Source: a virus (taxonomy: Duplodnaviria > Caudoviricetes). Taken from it: DNA of 54,763 bases. Shown here in pieces: positions 1 through 8,810 of the stretch (position 1 is the stretch's first letter; every line of letters begins with the position of its first letter). The translations under genes were made by a program, and so were the position numbers. The stretch spans positions 1 through 54,763 of the IMG/VR virus record IMGVR_UViG_3300047284_000338. One strand, 5' to 3'. The notes below the pieces were generated by a model. It worked only from the letters and a program-made list of their open reading frames with translations. It did not search any database and had not been told where the DNA came from.

Positions 1-148
1 TAGTTCAAGTCTTATGCGTCTCACGCAAAGTCGCCCCTTTCCCCGTCAACTAGGCAACCGGCCATAGTAGCCTGCGGGGACTGGGTTTTGCAGCTGGTGT
101 CAACCAGGACTGTAAACCCGTAACATTGGTTAACACCACCGGCAAACC

Positions 149-691
149 TTGCCGCTCATCTCGAAGTCAGAGGCAGCAGACGCCCTGGGGGTATCCCGGA
201 CGGCCGTCTACAAGGCGATCAAGCAGGGTCGTCTTCCTGTCGTGCGCACGTTTGATGGCCGTGAGCTGATTCAGTCCGACAGCCTCCGCGAGGACTGGTT
301 CGCCAAAACCATGGCCAAGATTGGCGTCGGGCCGAAGCCGCCGGCAGGGGAATCCGCATTTCCTGCACCACGCCCCAAAGCAGTCCGACCGTCACTGGCG
401 TCACCAGAACCCGAAGACATTGTCCCCGAGTACAACGAGAGCCGCGCACGCACCGAGTACCTCAAGGCCGAGCTGCTCGAGCTCGAGCGCAAGGAAAAGG
501 AAGGCCTGCTGGTTCGGGCAGCCGAGGTTGAGGCGAAGTGGGTGGAGGTGATCACCATCAGCCGCACCAAAGTGCTCGGCGTGGCCAGCAAAGCCAAGCA
601 GCGGATTCCTGATCTCACCCAAGACCAGATTGCAATCCTGGAGGACATCGTCCGAGAAGCCCTCGAGGAGCTGGCGCAGACAGATGGCTGA
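149..691 (+). CDS. Terminase small subunit (N-terminal HTH, Nu1-like C-terminal half)
   Basis: N-terminal HTH (SKSEAADALGVSRTAVYKAIKQGRL); Nu1-like 'RARTEYLKAELLELERKEKEGLLV' segment; directly upstream of and overlapping the large terminase. Confidence 0.85.
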   Translation: MPLISKSEAADALGVSRTAVYKAIKQGRLPVVRTFDGRELIQSDSLREDWFAKTMAKIGVGPKPPAGESAFPAPRPKAVRPSLASPEPEDIVPEYNESRARTEYLKAELLELERKEKEGLLVRAAEVEAKWVEVITISRTKVLGVASKAKQRIPDLTQDQIAILEDIVREALEELAQTDG

Positions 692-2537
692 GATCGCGGA
701 CATCGCTACAGCAGCGCTTCGGGCATGGAAGCCACCGGAGAAGCTGACCCTTTCGGAGTGGGCTGATCGGCATTTTTACCTGTCGGCCGAATCGAGCGCC
801 GAGGCTGGCCGGTGGCACACGCTGCCGTACCAGAAGGGGATCATGGACGCGATCACTGATCCGGCGATTGAACAGATCTCGGTGATGAAGAGCGCCCGGG
901 TCGGCTACACCAAGTGCCTGAACGCCTGCATCGCTTTCCACATCCACCAGGACCCGTGTCCGATGATGCTGGTGCAGCCGACGATCGAGGACGCCCAGGG
1001 CTACTCGAAGGAGGAGATCGCGCCGATGCTGCGCGACGTGCCGGTGCTGCGCGGGCTCGTGAGCGACAGCAAGGCGAAGGACGGCGCCAACACGATCCTG
1101 CAGAAGCAGTACCCGGGCGGCACCCTGGGCCTGGTGGGCGCGAACAGCCCGCGAGGATTCCGCCGGGTGAGCCGCCGGATCGTGATGTTCGACGAGACGG
1201 ATGGCTACCCACCGTCGGCCGGGCCCGAGGGTGACCAGATCAAGCTGGGCATCCGCCGGACGGAGTATTACTGGAACCGCAAGATTGTCGCCGGGTCGAC
1301 GCCGACCCTGAAAGATGCGAGCCGGATCGAGCGCCTGTTTGAGCAGGGCGACCAGCGCAGATATTTCGTGCCCTGCCCCGATTGCGGGCACATGCAGTAC
1401 CTCAAGTGGTCGCACATGCGATGGGAGGACGAGCTCTCACCGGTGCATTACGTGTGCGAGCACTGCGGCGTCCTGATCCCGCATTCGAAGAAGCGCTGGA
1501 TGGTGGAGCGTGGCGCCTGGCGGGCTACTGCACCAGGCAGCGGCAAGCACGCGAGCTTCCACATCTGGGCGGCCTACAGCTACAGCCCGAACGCCAGCTG
1601 GGACAACCTGCGAGACGAATTCCTCGAGGCCAAGACTGATCCCGAAGCGCTGAAAACGTTCGTCAACACGGTGCTCGGCGAGAGCTGGGAGGACGACTAT
1701 GCCGCCAAGGTCGGCGCCGACAGCCTGCTCGAGCGTGCCGAGTTCTACGAACGGCAGATGATCCCGGCCGAGGCATCAGCGCTGACGATCGGCTGCGACG
1801 TGCAGGACAACCGACTGAGCCTGAGTGTCTGGGCTTGGGGTCGTGAAGAGGAAGGGTGGCTGATTGACCGCCAGGTGATCCACGGCGACCCGAGCAGACC
1901 GGAGCCATGGAAGCAGCTGGACGAGCTGATCTTGCGCCCGTTTAAGCATGCGCTGGGCGCTGAACTGCGCCCTGACGTGATCTGCATCGACTCCGGTGGT
2001 CACCACACGATGGAGGTCTATCAGTACGCCCGCGAGCGTCAGAATCTGGGCGTGATTGCGGTGAAAGGTCAAAGCCAGAAGGGCAAGCCACCGATCGGGA
2101 AAGCCTCAAAAGTTGATCTGAACTACAAGGGCAAGGCGCTGAAAAAGGGCGCGGAGGTGTATCCTGTCGGCTCAGACACAGTGAAGAGCTTGCTGTTCGG
2201 CAGACTGAAACACAGCGAGCCGGGACCCGGATTCCTGCATTTCTACGCAGAGGCCGGGAAAGAGTATTTCGAAGAGCTCACAGCCGAGAAACAGATCACG
2301 CGATTTGTTCGCGGCTATCCCGAGCGTGTTTGGGTCAAGAAATCAAGTCAGCGAAACGAAGCGCTGGACGAACTGGTCTATGCGTACGCGGCGTTAAATC
2401 GCATGTACCAGCGGTATGACCGCAGAACAGTTTGGGATCAGCTGGAGAAAAGGCTCGAAAAGCCCGTAGAAGCTGACCGTAAGGCCCCGCTAAGATCGAA
2501 CAAGGCTCCAAAGCGGAGCTTTGTCCGCCAGTGGTGA
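684..2537 (+). CDS. Terminase large subunit, lambda GpA family
   Basis: KSARVGYT Walker A, MFDETD Walker B, GSTPT motif, CPDCG/CEHCG Zn sites, GCDVQ and IDSGG nuclease motifs, RNEALD; ATG at 684 chosen. Confidence 0.97.
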   Translation: MAEIADIATAALRAWKPPEKLTLSEWADRHFYLSAESSAEAGRWHTLPYQKGIMDAITDPAIEQISVMKSARVGYTKCLNACIAFHIHQDPCPMMLVQPTIEDAQGYSKEEIAPMLRDVPVLRGLVSDSKAKDGANTILQKQYPGGTLGLVGANSPRGFRRVSRRIVMFDETDGYPPSAGPEGDQIKLGIRRTEYYWNRKIVAGSTPTLKDASRIERLFEQGDQRRYFVPCPDCGHMQYLKWSHMRWEDELSPVHYVCEHCGVLIPHSKKRWMVERGAWRATAPGSGKHASFHIWAAYSYSPNASWDNLRDEFLEAKTDPEALKTFVNTVLGESWEDDYAAKVGADSLLERAEFYERQMIPAEASALTIGCDVQDNRLSLSVWAWGREEEGWLIDRQVIHGDPSRPEPWKQLDELILRPFKHALGAELRPDVICIDSGGHHTMEVYQYARERQNLGVIAVKGQSQKGKPPIGKASKVDLNYKGKALKKGAEVYPVGSDTVKSLLFGRLKHSEPGPGFLHFYAEAGKEYFEELTAEKQITRFVRGYPERVWVKKSSQRNEALDELVYAYAALNRMYQRYDRRTVWDQLEKRLEKPVEADRKAPLRSNKAPKRSFVRQW

Positions 2538-2541
2538 GGCC

Positions 2542-3123
2542 GTGCAGATCCCATCCAAAATTCGGGCTGGCGACACGGTCGTGTGGAAGGACGACCCAAG
2601 CGTTGACGTGTTCGGCGCTCCGATCGACAGCTCAACACACACCCTCACCTACTACCTGCGCACCAACGTCAACCACGAAGGTGCCACTGCCGTCGGCGTA
2701 GCTGATGGATCGGGGTGGAGGCTTACCCTCTCTGCCGCCACGTCCGCAGGCTTCGATGCTGGCACCTGGTATTTCCAGGCTGTCGCGACTGCTGTTGCCG
2801 GTGGTGCCAAGACCACTCTTGGCACTGGGCAGATCGAAGTTCTCCCGAGCCTTAGCTACGCCGGCACCCCGGGTGCATTCGACGGCCGCAGTCAGGCGCA
2901 GAAGGACCTGGAGTCTGTCCAGGCCGCTATCCGCTCGCTGATGAGCGGCGGCGCCGTGCAGGAGTACCGGATCGGCATTCGCAGCCTGAAGCGCTACGAC
3001 ATCGCCGAGCTCCTGGCGCTTGAGTCCAGGCTCAAGGCGGAGGTTGCCCGTGAACAGAAAGCGGCGCTGATTGCGAACGGCCTGGGCAATCCACATAGCC
3101 TTTACGTGAGGTTCGGCCGCTGA
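2542..3123 (+). CDS. Head completion / gpW-like protein with N-terminal Ig-like domain
   Basis: Lies between terminase and portal; C-terminal 'VQEYRIGIRSLKRYDIAELLALESRLKAEV' resembles gpW; GTG start at 2542 assumed. Confidence 0.7.
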   Translation: MQIPSKIRAGDTVVWKDDPSVDVFGAPIDSSTHTLTYYLRTNVNHEGATAVGVADGSGWRLTLSAATSAGFDAGTWYFQAVATAVAGGAKTTLGTGQIEVLPSLSYAGTPGAFDGRSQAQKDLESVQAAIRSLMSGGAVQEYRIGIRSLKRYDIAELLALESRLKAEVAREQKAALIANGLGNPHSLYVRFGR

Positions 3124-4757
3124 TGGGCATTCGCACTCGATTGATGAGCGCCCTCGGCTTCGGGCCGAAGGAAGTCGCTCCGGCAAAACGTCGCCGCCGC
3201 ACATATGCGGGCGCGGTGATCAACCGGCTGACCAGCGACTGGATCGCGCACGGCACCAGCGCCGACGCGGAGATCAAGACCAGCCTGCGCAAGCTGCGCG
3301 ATCGCTCGCGCCAGATGGTGCGGGACAACCCGTACGCCCGACAGGCCAAGCGCACCACGCAGATCAACGTGGTGGGCCAGGGCGTGAAGATGCAGTCGCA
3401 GGTGATGACCCTGCGCGGCAACAAGCGCGACGAGCGGATCAACGCACTGCTCGAAAGCAAGTGGGAGCGCTGGTGCCGCGCTGATCACTGCGACGTGGCC
3501 GGCCGCAACAGCTTCCACTCGTTCGAGTGGCTGGCCGCCGGTGCGCTGCCCGAGAGCGGCGAGGTGATCTTCAGGATCCACAAGCGTGCGTTCGGCGGCA
3601 GCAAGATCCCGCTGGCTCTGGAGATCATCGAGAGCGATCTGCTCGACGACGAGTACAACGGCGCCGTGAGCGCCAAGGGAAACGAGTGGCGCATGGGGGT
3701 CGAGATCAACCCCTACGGCCGGCCGGTGCGCTACGCCTTCCTGACCCGCCACCCGGGCGATTACTGGTTCCAGGGGCAGCCTGACCGGGAGAACGTGAAG
3801 CACGTCTTCCTGCCGGCGAGCGAGGTCATCCACCTCTTCATCCCTGAGCGCCCCAATCAGCACCGTGGCGTGCCCTGGTTTGCACCTGTGATCGGCGATG
3901 CCCACCAGCTGGCGGGCTACGAAGAGGCCGCGGTGATCCGCGCCCGGTCGACCGCGGCGCTGATGGGCTTCATCACCAGCCCCGAAGGCGAGCTCGATGC
4001 CGATGACGTCGAGGAAGGCCAGCGCATCACCGAGTTCGAGCCCGGGGTCTTCAAGTACCTCGACGGCGGCCAGAGCGTGATCGTTCCCGATCTGCGGTCG
4101 CCTGACGCGCAGTACGAGGACTTCGTGCGGGCCAAGACTCGGCGCTTCGCGTCGGGTTTCGGCTGCTCCTATGAGACGCTGTCGAGGGACTTCTCGGAGA
4201 CCAACTACTCCAGCAGCCGGCTGTCGCTGCTCGAGGATCGCGACCACTGGAAGGTAGTGCAGAACTACCTGATTGAGAACTTCCACATGCGGGTGTTCCG
4301 CGAGTGGTTGGACGTAGCGGTTCTGAGCGGCGAACTTTCGCTGCCCGACTACGAATTGCGGCCCGAGCGCTACGACAACCCGAAGTGGCTGGCACGCGGT
4401 TGGACATGGGTCGACCCGCTCAAGGAGGTCAAGGCCTACCGCGAGATGGAAGCGGCCGGCTACATGACCAAGGCGCAGATCTGCGCACAGCTCGGCGGAG
4501 ACCTGGACGAGAACCTCCAGCAGATCGCTCGCGAGCGGAAGACTGCCGCCGACCTCGGTGTCCAGCTCGACGCTGATTTGATGCAGCCAGCCCCTGGCGC
4601 ACCGGTGGAGCCCAGCACCACTGAAGAGCCTCCTGTCGACGAAGCGCAGTCGAATGTGACCGCAGAGCCTCGCCGCAAGCCGACGAGATCGCGTCGCAAA
4701 AAGACGACTACAGTTGAAACAGTTCAACCCGAGCGTCCAGAAGGGCCGCTTAACTGA
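3123..4757 (+). CDS. Portal protein, lambda family
   Basis: LRDRSRQMVRDNPYA, GVEINPYGRPVRY, RGVPWFAP, NYSSSRLSLLE, GWTWVDPLKE motifs typical of lambda gpB portals. Confidence 0.96.
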   Translation: MGIRTRLMSALGFGPKEVAPAKRRRRTYAGAVINRLTSDWIAHGTSADAEIKTSLRKLRDRSRQMVRDNPYARQAKRTTQINVVGQGVKMQSQVMTLRGNKRDERINALLESKWERWCRADHCDVAGRNSFHSFEWLAAGALPESGEVIFRIHKRAFGGSKIPLALEIIESDLLDDEYNGAVSAKGNEWRMGVEINPYGRPVRYAFLTRHPGDYWFQGQPDRENVKHVFLPASEVIHLFIPERPNQHRGVPWFAPVIGDAHQLAGYEEAAVIRARSTAALMGFITSPEGELDADDVEEGQRITEFEPGVFKYLDGGQSVIVPDLRSPDAQYEDFVRAKTRRFASGFGCSYETLSRDFSETNYSSSRLSLLEDRDHWKVVQNYLIENFHMRVFREWLDVAVLSGELSLPDYELRPERYDNPKWLARGWTWVDPLKEVKAYREMEAAGYMTKAQICAQLGGDLDENLQQIARERKTAADLGVQLDADLMQPAPGAPVEPSTTEEPPVDEAQSNVTAEPRRKPTRSRRKKTTTVETVQPERPEGPLN

Positions 4758-7033
4758 TGGACGAACTGCAGGAGAAAACTGAAACCCCGAACGACGAGCG
4801 TGCCATGCACGATCTGACTGAGGAGCAGGTGGCTGCGATCGGTGAAACTATTGCCGAGGTCGTGGCCGAGCACATGGCTGAGATTGTCGAGGACACGGTT
4901 GAGACGCTGTCGGGTGAAGACCCGGAAGCTGAGGCCGATGCTCAGGAAATGGCTGAAAAGACTGCCCCCATGCTGTCCGCGCCGGTGGACGAGTACAGGG
5001 CTCAGCCAGGCGAGCTGAAGGTCGGCGATTTCGTGAGCTGGAACAGCTCCGGCGGCCGTGCTCGCGGACAGATCGAGCACATCATGCGCGAGGGCACGCT
5101 GGGCGTCCCCGACAGCGAGTTCAGCATCGAGGCGTCTGAAGAGGATCCCGCGGCCCTGATCCGCATCTTCCGTGAGGGCGCCGAAGGATGGGCGGCAACT
5201 GAGACAATGGTGGGTCACCGCTTCAGCACTCTGGCCAAGATCGAAGCCCTCCGGTCGATGGAAGGCAAGTATCAGCGCACCGAAACTACCGCTTTTGCGG
5301 AGGTGGAGGATCGAACCTTCGAGTTCCCCTTCAGCTCCGAGTATCCTGTGGCTCGCTACTTCGGCAACGAAGTGCTCAGCCACGAGATGGACGCCGCCGA
5401 TCTAAGCCGCCTCAACGATGGAGCTCCGCTCCTTTTCAATCACAACCCCGACAGGGTTGTGGGCGTCGTTGAGCGTGCTTGGATCGACGGCAAAAAGAAG
5501 CGGGGTTACGTCAAAGTGCGTTTTTCCCGCAACAGCTTCGCCAAGGAGGTGATGGCTGATGTCAAAGATGGCGTCCTTCGGGGTGTCAGCTTTGGCTATT
5601 CCATCAACAAGATGGAGGAGCGTGGCGACAACTTTGTAGCCACCGAATGGAGTCCGTACGAAGTCTCGGTCTGTAGCATCGCTGCAGATCCCAGCATCGG
5701 AATCGGCCGGTCGCTTGCGATCGACTCTGCGGCCACCGCCGCATCACCAACCCCAGAACCCAAGGTTCCTGAAATGGAAAACACCACCCCTGACGTGGAG
5801 GTGATCCGGTCCAAGGCCGTCGAGGCCGAGCGTAGCCGCATCGCCACCATCACCGCTCTCGGTGAAAAGCATGGCCTCCGTGATCTCGCTCGCGAGCTCA
5901 TCGACGGCGGTCGCACCGTGGACGAGGCCCGTGCCGCCGTCCTGGAAAAAATGGAAACTCGCGCCTCCAAAGTGGAACACCGCATCGCCGACGAAAAGGC
6001 CTCCGAAATCGGCCTTTCTGACAAGGAAGCCCGCAGCTTCTCCTTCCTGCGTGCTCTGAACTATCTCGCCAACCCTGGCGACAAGGAAGTTGCCAAGGCC
6101 GCCGCTTTCGAGCGTGAGGTTTCCGAGGCTGCCTCCAAGGCCTACGGCAAGCCCGCCAACGGCATCATGGTGCCCACCGACGTGCTGCGTCGCGACCTGG
6201 CCACCAGCCCCGCAAGCGCCGGCGGCAACCTCGTTGCTACCGACCTGCTGGCCGCCTCGTTCATCGAGCTGCTCCGCAACAAGCTGGCTCTCGCCAACGT
6301 GGGCGCCACTGTGCTGAACGGCCTGCAGGGCAACATCGCCATCCCCAAGCAGACCGGTGCTGCCACCGCGTACTGGGTTGGTGAGGGCAACTCCCCCACC
6401 GAGAGCCAGGAAGTGCTCGGCCAGGTCACGATGTCGCCCAAGACCGTGGGTGCCTTCGTCGACTACAGCCGCCGCCTGCTGCTCCAGTCCTCGATCGACG
6501 TTGAGCAGATGGTCCGCAACGACCTGGCTCGCGTGATCGCCCTGGAGATCGACCGCGCTGGCATCTACGGCTCGGGCAACAGCAACCAGCCCCTGGGTCT
6601 GATCAACACCGTCGGCATCAACACCAAGGCCCTGACCGGCTACGGCACCTTCGCCGAGCTGATCGACATGGAAACCGAGGTGGCCAAGGACAACGCCGAC
6701 GCCGGCTCGCTGTTCTACCTGATGAACGCCGCTGCCCGTGGCGCTCTGAAGTCCACCCCCAAGTCGACCTCTGCCGTGGCCGCTGGCTTCGTGTACGAGA
6801 ACGATCAAGTGAACGGCTACGGCGCTGTGGTCTCCAACCAGCTCGCCCTGGACGACATCCTGTTCGGTGCCTTCGATCAGATGATCATGGGCATGTGGTC
6901 CGGCCTGGATCTGACCCTGGATCCCTACGCCGGCGCCACCAGCGGCACCGTGCGGATCATCGCCCTGCAGGACGTCGACTTCGCTGTGAAGCAGCCCGGC
7001 GCCTTCTGCTACGGCACCGGCGCTCTGAGCTGA
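4757..7033 (+). CDS. Prohead protease-major capsid protein fusion (HK97 fold)
   Basis: Protease domain (FSSEYPV, PLLFNHN, VSFGY, PYEVSVCSIAAD) followed by HK97-type capsid (GGNLVATDL, AYWVGEG, MSPKTVGA); single ORF. Confidence 0.93.
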   Translation: MDELQEKTETPNDERAMHDLTEEQVAAIGETIAEVVAEHMAEIVEDTVETLSGEDPEAEADAQEMAEKTAPMLSAPVDEYRAQPGELKVGDFVSWNSSGGRARGQIEHIMREGTLGVPDSEFSIEASEEDPAALIRIFREGAEGWAATETMVGHRFSTLAKIEALRSMEGKYQRTETTAFAEVEDRTFEFPFSSEYPVARYFGNEVLSHEMDAADLSRLNDGAPLLFNHNPDRVVGVVERAWIDGKKKRGYVKVRFSRNSFAKEVMADVKDGVLRGVSFGYSINKMEERGDNFVATEWSPYEVSVCSIAADPSIGIGRSLAIDSAATAASPTPEPKVPEMENTTPDVEVIRSKAVEAERSRIATITALGEKHGLRDLARELIDGGRTVDEARAAVLEKMETRASKVEHRIADEKASEIGLSDKEARSFSFLRALNYLANPGDKEVAKAAAFEREVSEAASKAYGKPANGIMVPTDVLRRDLATSPASAGGNLVATDLLAASFIELLRNKLALANVGATVLNGLQGNIAIPKQTGAATAYWVGEGNSPTESQEVLGQVTMSPKTVGAFVDYSRRLLLQSSIDVEQMVRNDLARVIALEIDRAGIYGSGNSNQPLGLINTVGINTKALTGYGTFAELIDMETEVAKDNADAGSLFYLMNAAARGALKSTPKSTSAVAAGFVYENDQVNGYGAVVSNQLALDDILFGAFDQMIMGMWSGLDLTLDPYAGATSGTVRIIALQDVDFAVKQPGAFCYGTGALS

Positions 7034-7035
7034 GC

Positions 7036-8052
7036 ATGATCGCTGGGCTGATTCAGGCCAAGCGGAATTACAACCCCTCCCTGGTTTCGACCGGGGAGGG
7101 CTTTCTGTTGGCGTACCGGTCCGAACCGGAAGACTTCAAGGTCAGTGAGATCGTACTGGCCGAGCTCGACGCAGCTCGCAATGTGCTGCGCAACCAGCGG
7201 CTGAAAGTGCCCGGGGCCCCGGCCGGCTGCTCGCTTGAGGACCCGCGACTGTTCTGGTGCGGGGGTGAGCTGCACCTGGCGTTCTCGATGGCTCGCTACG
7301 GCGAGGCCGATGGCTGGAAATGCGTGCAGGCCTACGGCCGGTTGAGCAAGAAGGGTCGCAACTGGACCCTGGGCTCCGTCTGGGTGCCGCAGTACGGCGC
7401 CAACGACTGGAGCAGCAAGGAAAAGAACTGGACGTTCTTCGAGGCCGAGGGTGCGCTGCGGTGCATCTACGACATGGGCGCCGCTGGCTGGACCGTGCTC
7501 GAGCTCGAGGGCGACGAGGCGGTTCAGGAATGGCGACACCCTGCCCTGCGGTGGCGCTGGGGCCGCCTGAGCGGCGGCACGCCGGCGGTCGACTGGCAGG
7601 GCCAGAAGCTCACGATGTTCCACTCGTGGGAGAAGCACCCGAGGCGTCACCGGCTTTATCACGCGGCCTGGGTGGCGTTCTCAGCGACGGCACCGCATGC
7701 GCCGACGCTGGTCTCGCCAGGTCCGGTGCTGACCGCGAAGGAAGAGTGGGGTACCCCTGAGGGCGCTCGCGGCTGGCAGCCGCTGTGCGTCTTCCCTGGC
7801 GGCCTCGAGCTGTTTGGGCAGAAGGCGCTGGTGTCCTACGGCCAGAACGATCTGCACTGCGCCATCGATGCGATCCGCGTCGACCGCCTGCAGCGCGTGG
7901 TGCAGAAGCCGAACATCCGCGGCGAGATCCGCATCCGTCTCACTGGTGACGTGATGATCGGCGGCCAGCCGGCATGGGCCGGGACTGAGGTTGCCGTGCA
8001 GGCAGCCGACGCGGCTAGCCTGATTGCACGAAGCAAGGCGGTGCCGTTGTGA
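7036..8052 (+). CDS. Five-bladed beta-propeller glycoside hydrolase/phosphorylase-like protein (GH130/GH43 clan-like) with short C-terminal phage head-protein-like domain
   Basis: YNPSL, EDPRLF, EKNWTFF, LSGGTP, VFPGGL, VSYGQND motifs; ATG at 7036, 2 nt after the capsid stop. Confidence 0.7.
   Translation: MIAGLIQAKRNYNPSLVSTGEGFLLAYRSEPEDFKVSEIVLAELDAARNVLRNQRLKVPGAPAGCSLEDPRLFWCGGELHLAFSMARYGEADGWKCVQAYGRLSKKGRNWTLGSVWVPQYGANDWSSKEKNWTFFEAEGALRCIYDMGAAGWTVLELEGDEAVQEWRHPALRWRWGRLSGGTPAVDWQGQKLTMFHSWEKHPRRHRLYHAAWVAFSATAPHAPTLVSPGPVLTAKEEWGTPEGARGWQPLCVFPGGLELFGQKALVSYGQNDLHCAIDAIRVDRLQRVVQKPNIRGEIRIRLTGDVMIGGQPAWAGTEVAVQAADAASLIARSKAVPL
7075..7109 (+). terminator. Rho-independent terminator-like hairpin after the capsid gene, inside the next CDS
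   Basis: CCCTCCCTGGT-TTCG-ACCGGGGAGGG, an 11-bp stem with UUCG loop, followed by CTTTCTGTT. Confidence 0.7.
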
Positions 8053-8498
8053 TCACCGAAAACCTCGACTTGTTCCTCGACGATTTCGGCGTTCAGTGCG
8101 TCAGTGGTGTCATCACTGGTGCTGGAATCCTGGACATGCCCAGCCAGGTCGTTGCCGACGGCATGGTCCTGACCACCGACTACAAGCTGACGTGCAAAGC
8201 AGCAGATTTCGGGGGTCTTGTGTACGGCGATGGCATCACTGTTGATGGCGTGAATTATCAGGTGCGCGAGACCATGCGCATCGACGATGGGCGCTTTGTT
8301 GAGCTGATGCTCACCAAACTTGCGCCCGACGTGGTGGCGCCCGGTGGCCAGCCGCGAGAGTTCGGTTTGGCCGATCTTTCCGACGTCACGATTCGATCCC
8401 CGCAGGCCGGCGATCGCCTTGTGTTCAATGGCAGCCAGTGGGTGGACGAGGAAGAAGCAGACGGCACTAACGTGTTGGATGGAGGCGGTGCGGACTGA
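8049..8498 (+). CDS. Head-closure / head-tail joining protein with C-terminal fibre-like extension
   Basis: Position; 'GDGITVDGVNYQVRETMRIDDG' FII-like pattern; extension LADLSDV...GDRLVFNGSQWV...DGGGAD. Confidence 0.7.
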   Translation: MITENLDLFLDDFGVQCVSGVITGAGILDMPSQVVADGMVLTTDYKLTCKAADFGGLVYGDGITVDGVNYQVRETMRIDDGRFVELMLTKLAPDVVAPGGQPREFGLADLSDVTIRSPQAGDRLVFNGSQWVDEEEADGTNVLDGGGAD

Positions 8499-8501
8499 CC
8501 C

Positions 8502-8810
8502 ATGACTCGGCAGCGGATCAAACTACGGCGCGATACCGCTGCAGCTTGGGCGGCTGCGAACCCAGTGCTGCTTGCTGGTGAGGCCGGGTTTGAGAGCGAT
8601 ACGCGACTGCTGAAAATTGGAAACGGCTCGTCTGCCTGGAATTCACTTTCCTACGTGGCTGGTGGAGTCAGTTCACTCGCCCAGCTGGTCGATGTCGACG
8701 CAACCAACTGCGTCGACGGCAGCGTCCTCATCTACGATGGCGCTATTGCCAAGTTCGTGGCCAGCCCACTGAACACAAAGCTCACGCTGACTGACGGAGG
8801 CAACTTCTGA
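8502..8810 (+). CDS. Small fibre/adaptor protein with Mtd-N/hyaluronidase-N-like domain
   Basis: IKLRRDTAAAWAAANPVLLAGEAGFESDTRLLKIGNG is the typical Mtd N-terminal domain pattern. Confidence 0.75.
   Translation: MTRQRIKLRRDTAAAWAAANPVLLAGEAGFESDTRLLKIGNGSSAWNSLSYVAGGVSSLAQLVDVDATNCVDGSVLIYDGAIAKFVASPLNTKLTLTDGGNF

Noticed and set aside
1-10. Third full LexA box formed across the end-start junction
   Set aside because: Joining gives AGTAC-TA-GTTC, a spacer of 2 rather than 4, and circularity is unproven
3102-4727. Long antisense ORFs (also 5744..6808, 15922..17175, 32742..33908, 43263..44603, 49299..50417)
   Set aside because: Shadow ORFs of high-GC genes with strong codon bias; no recognisable motifs
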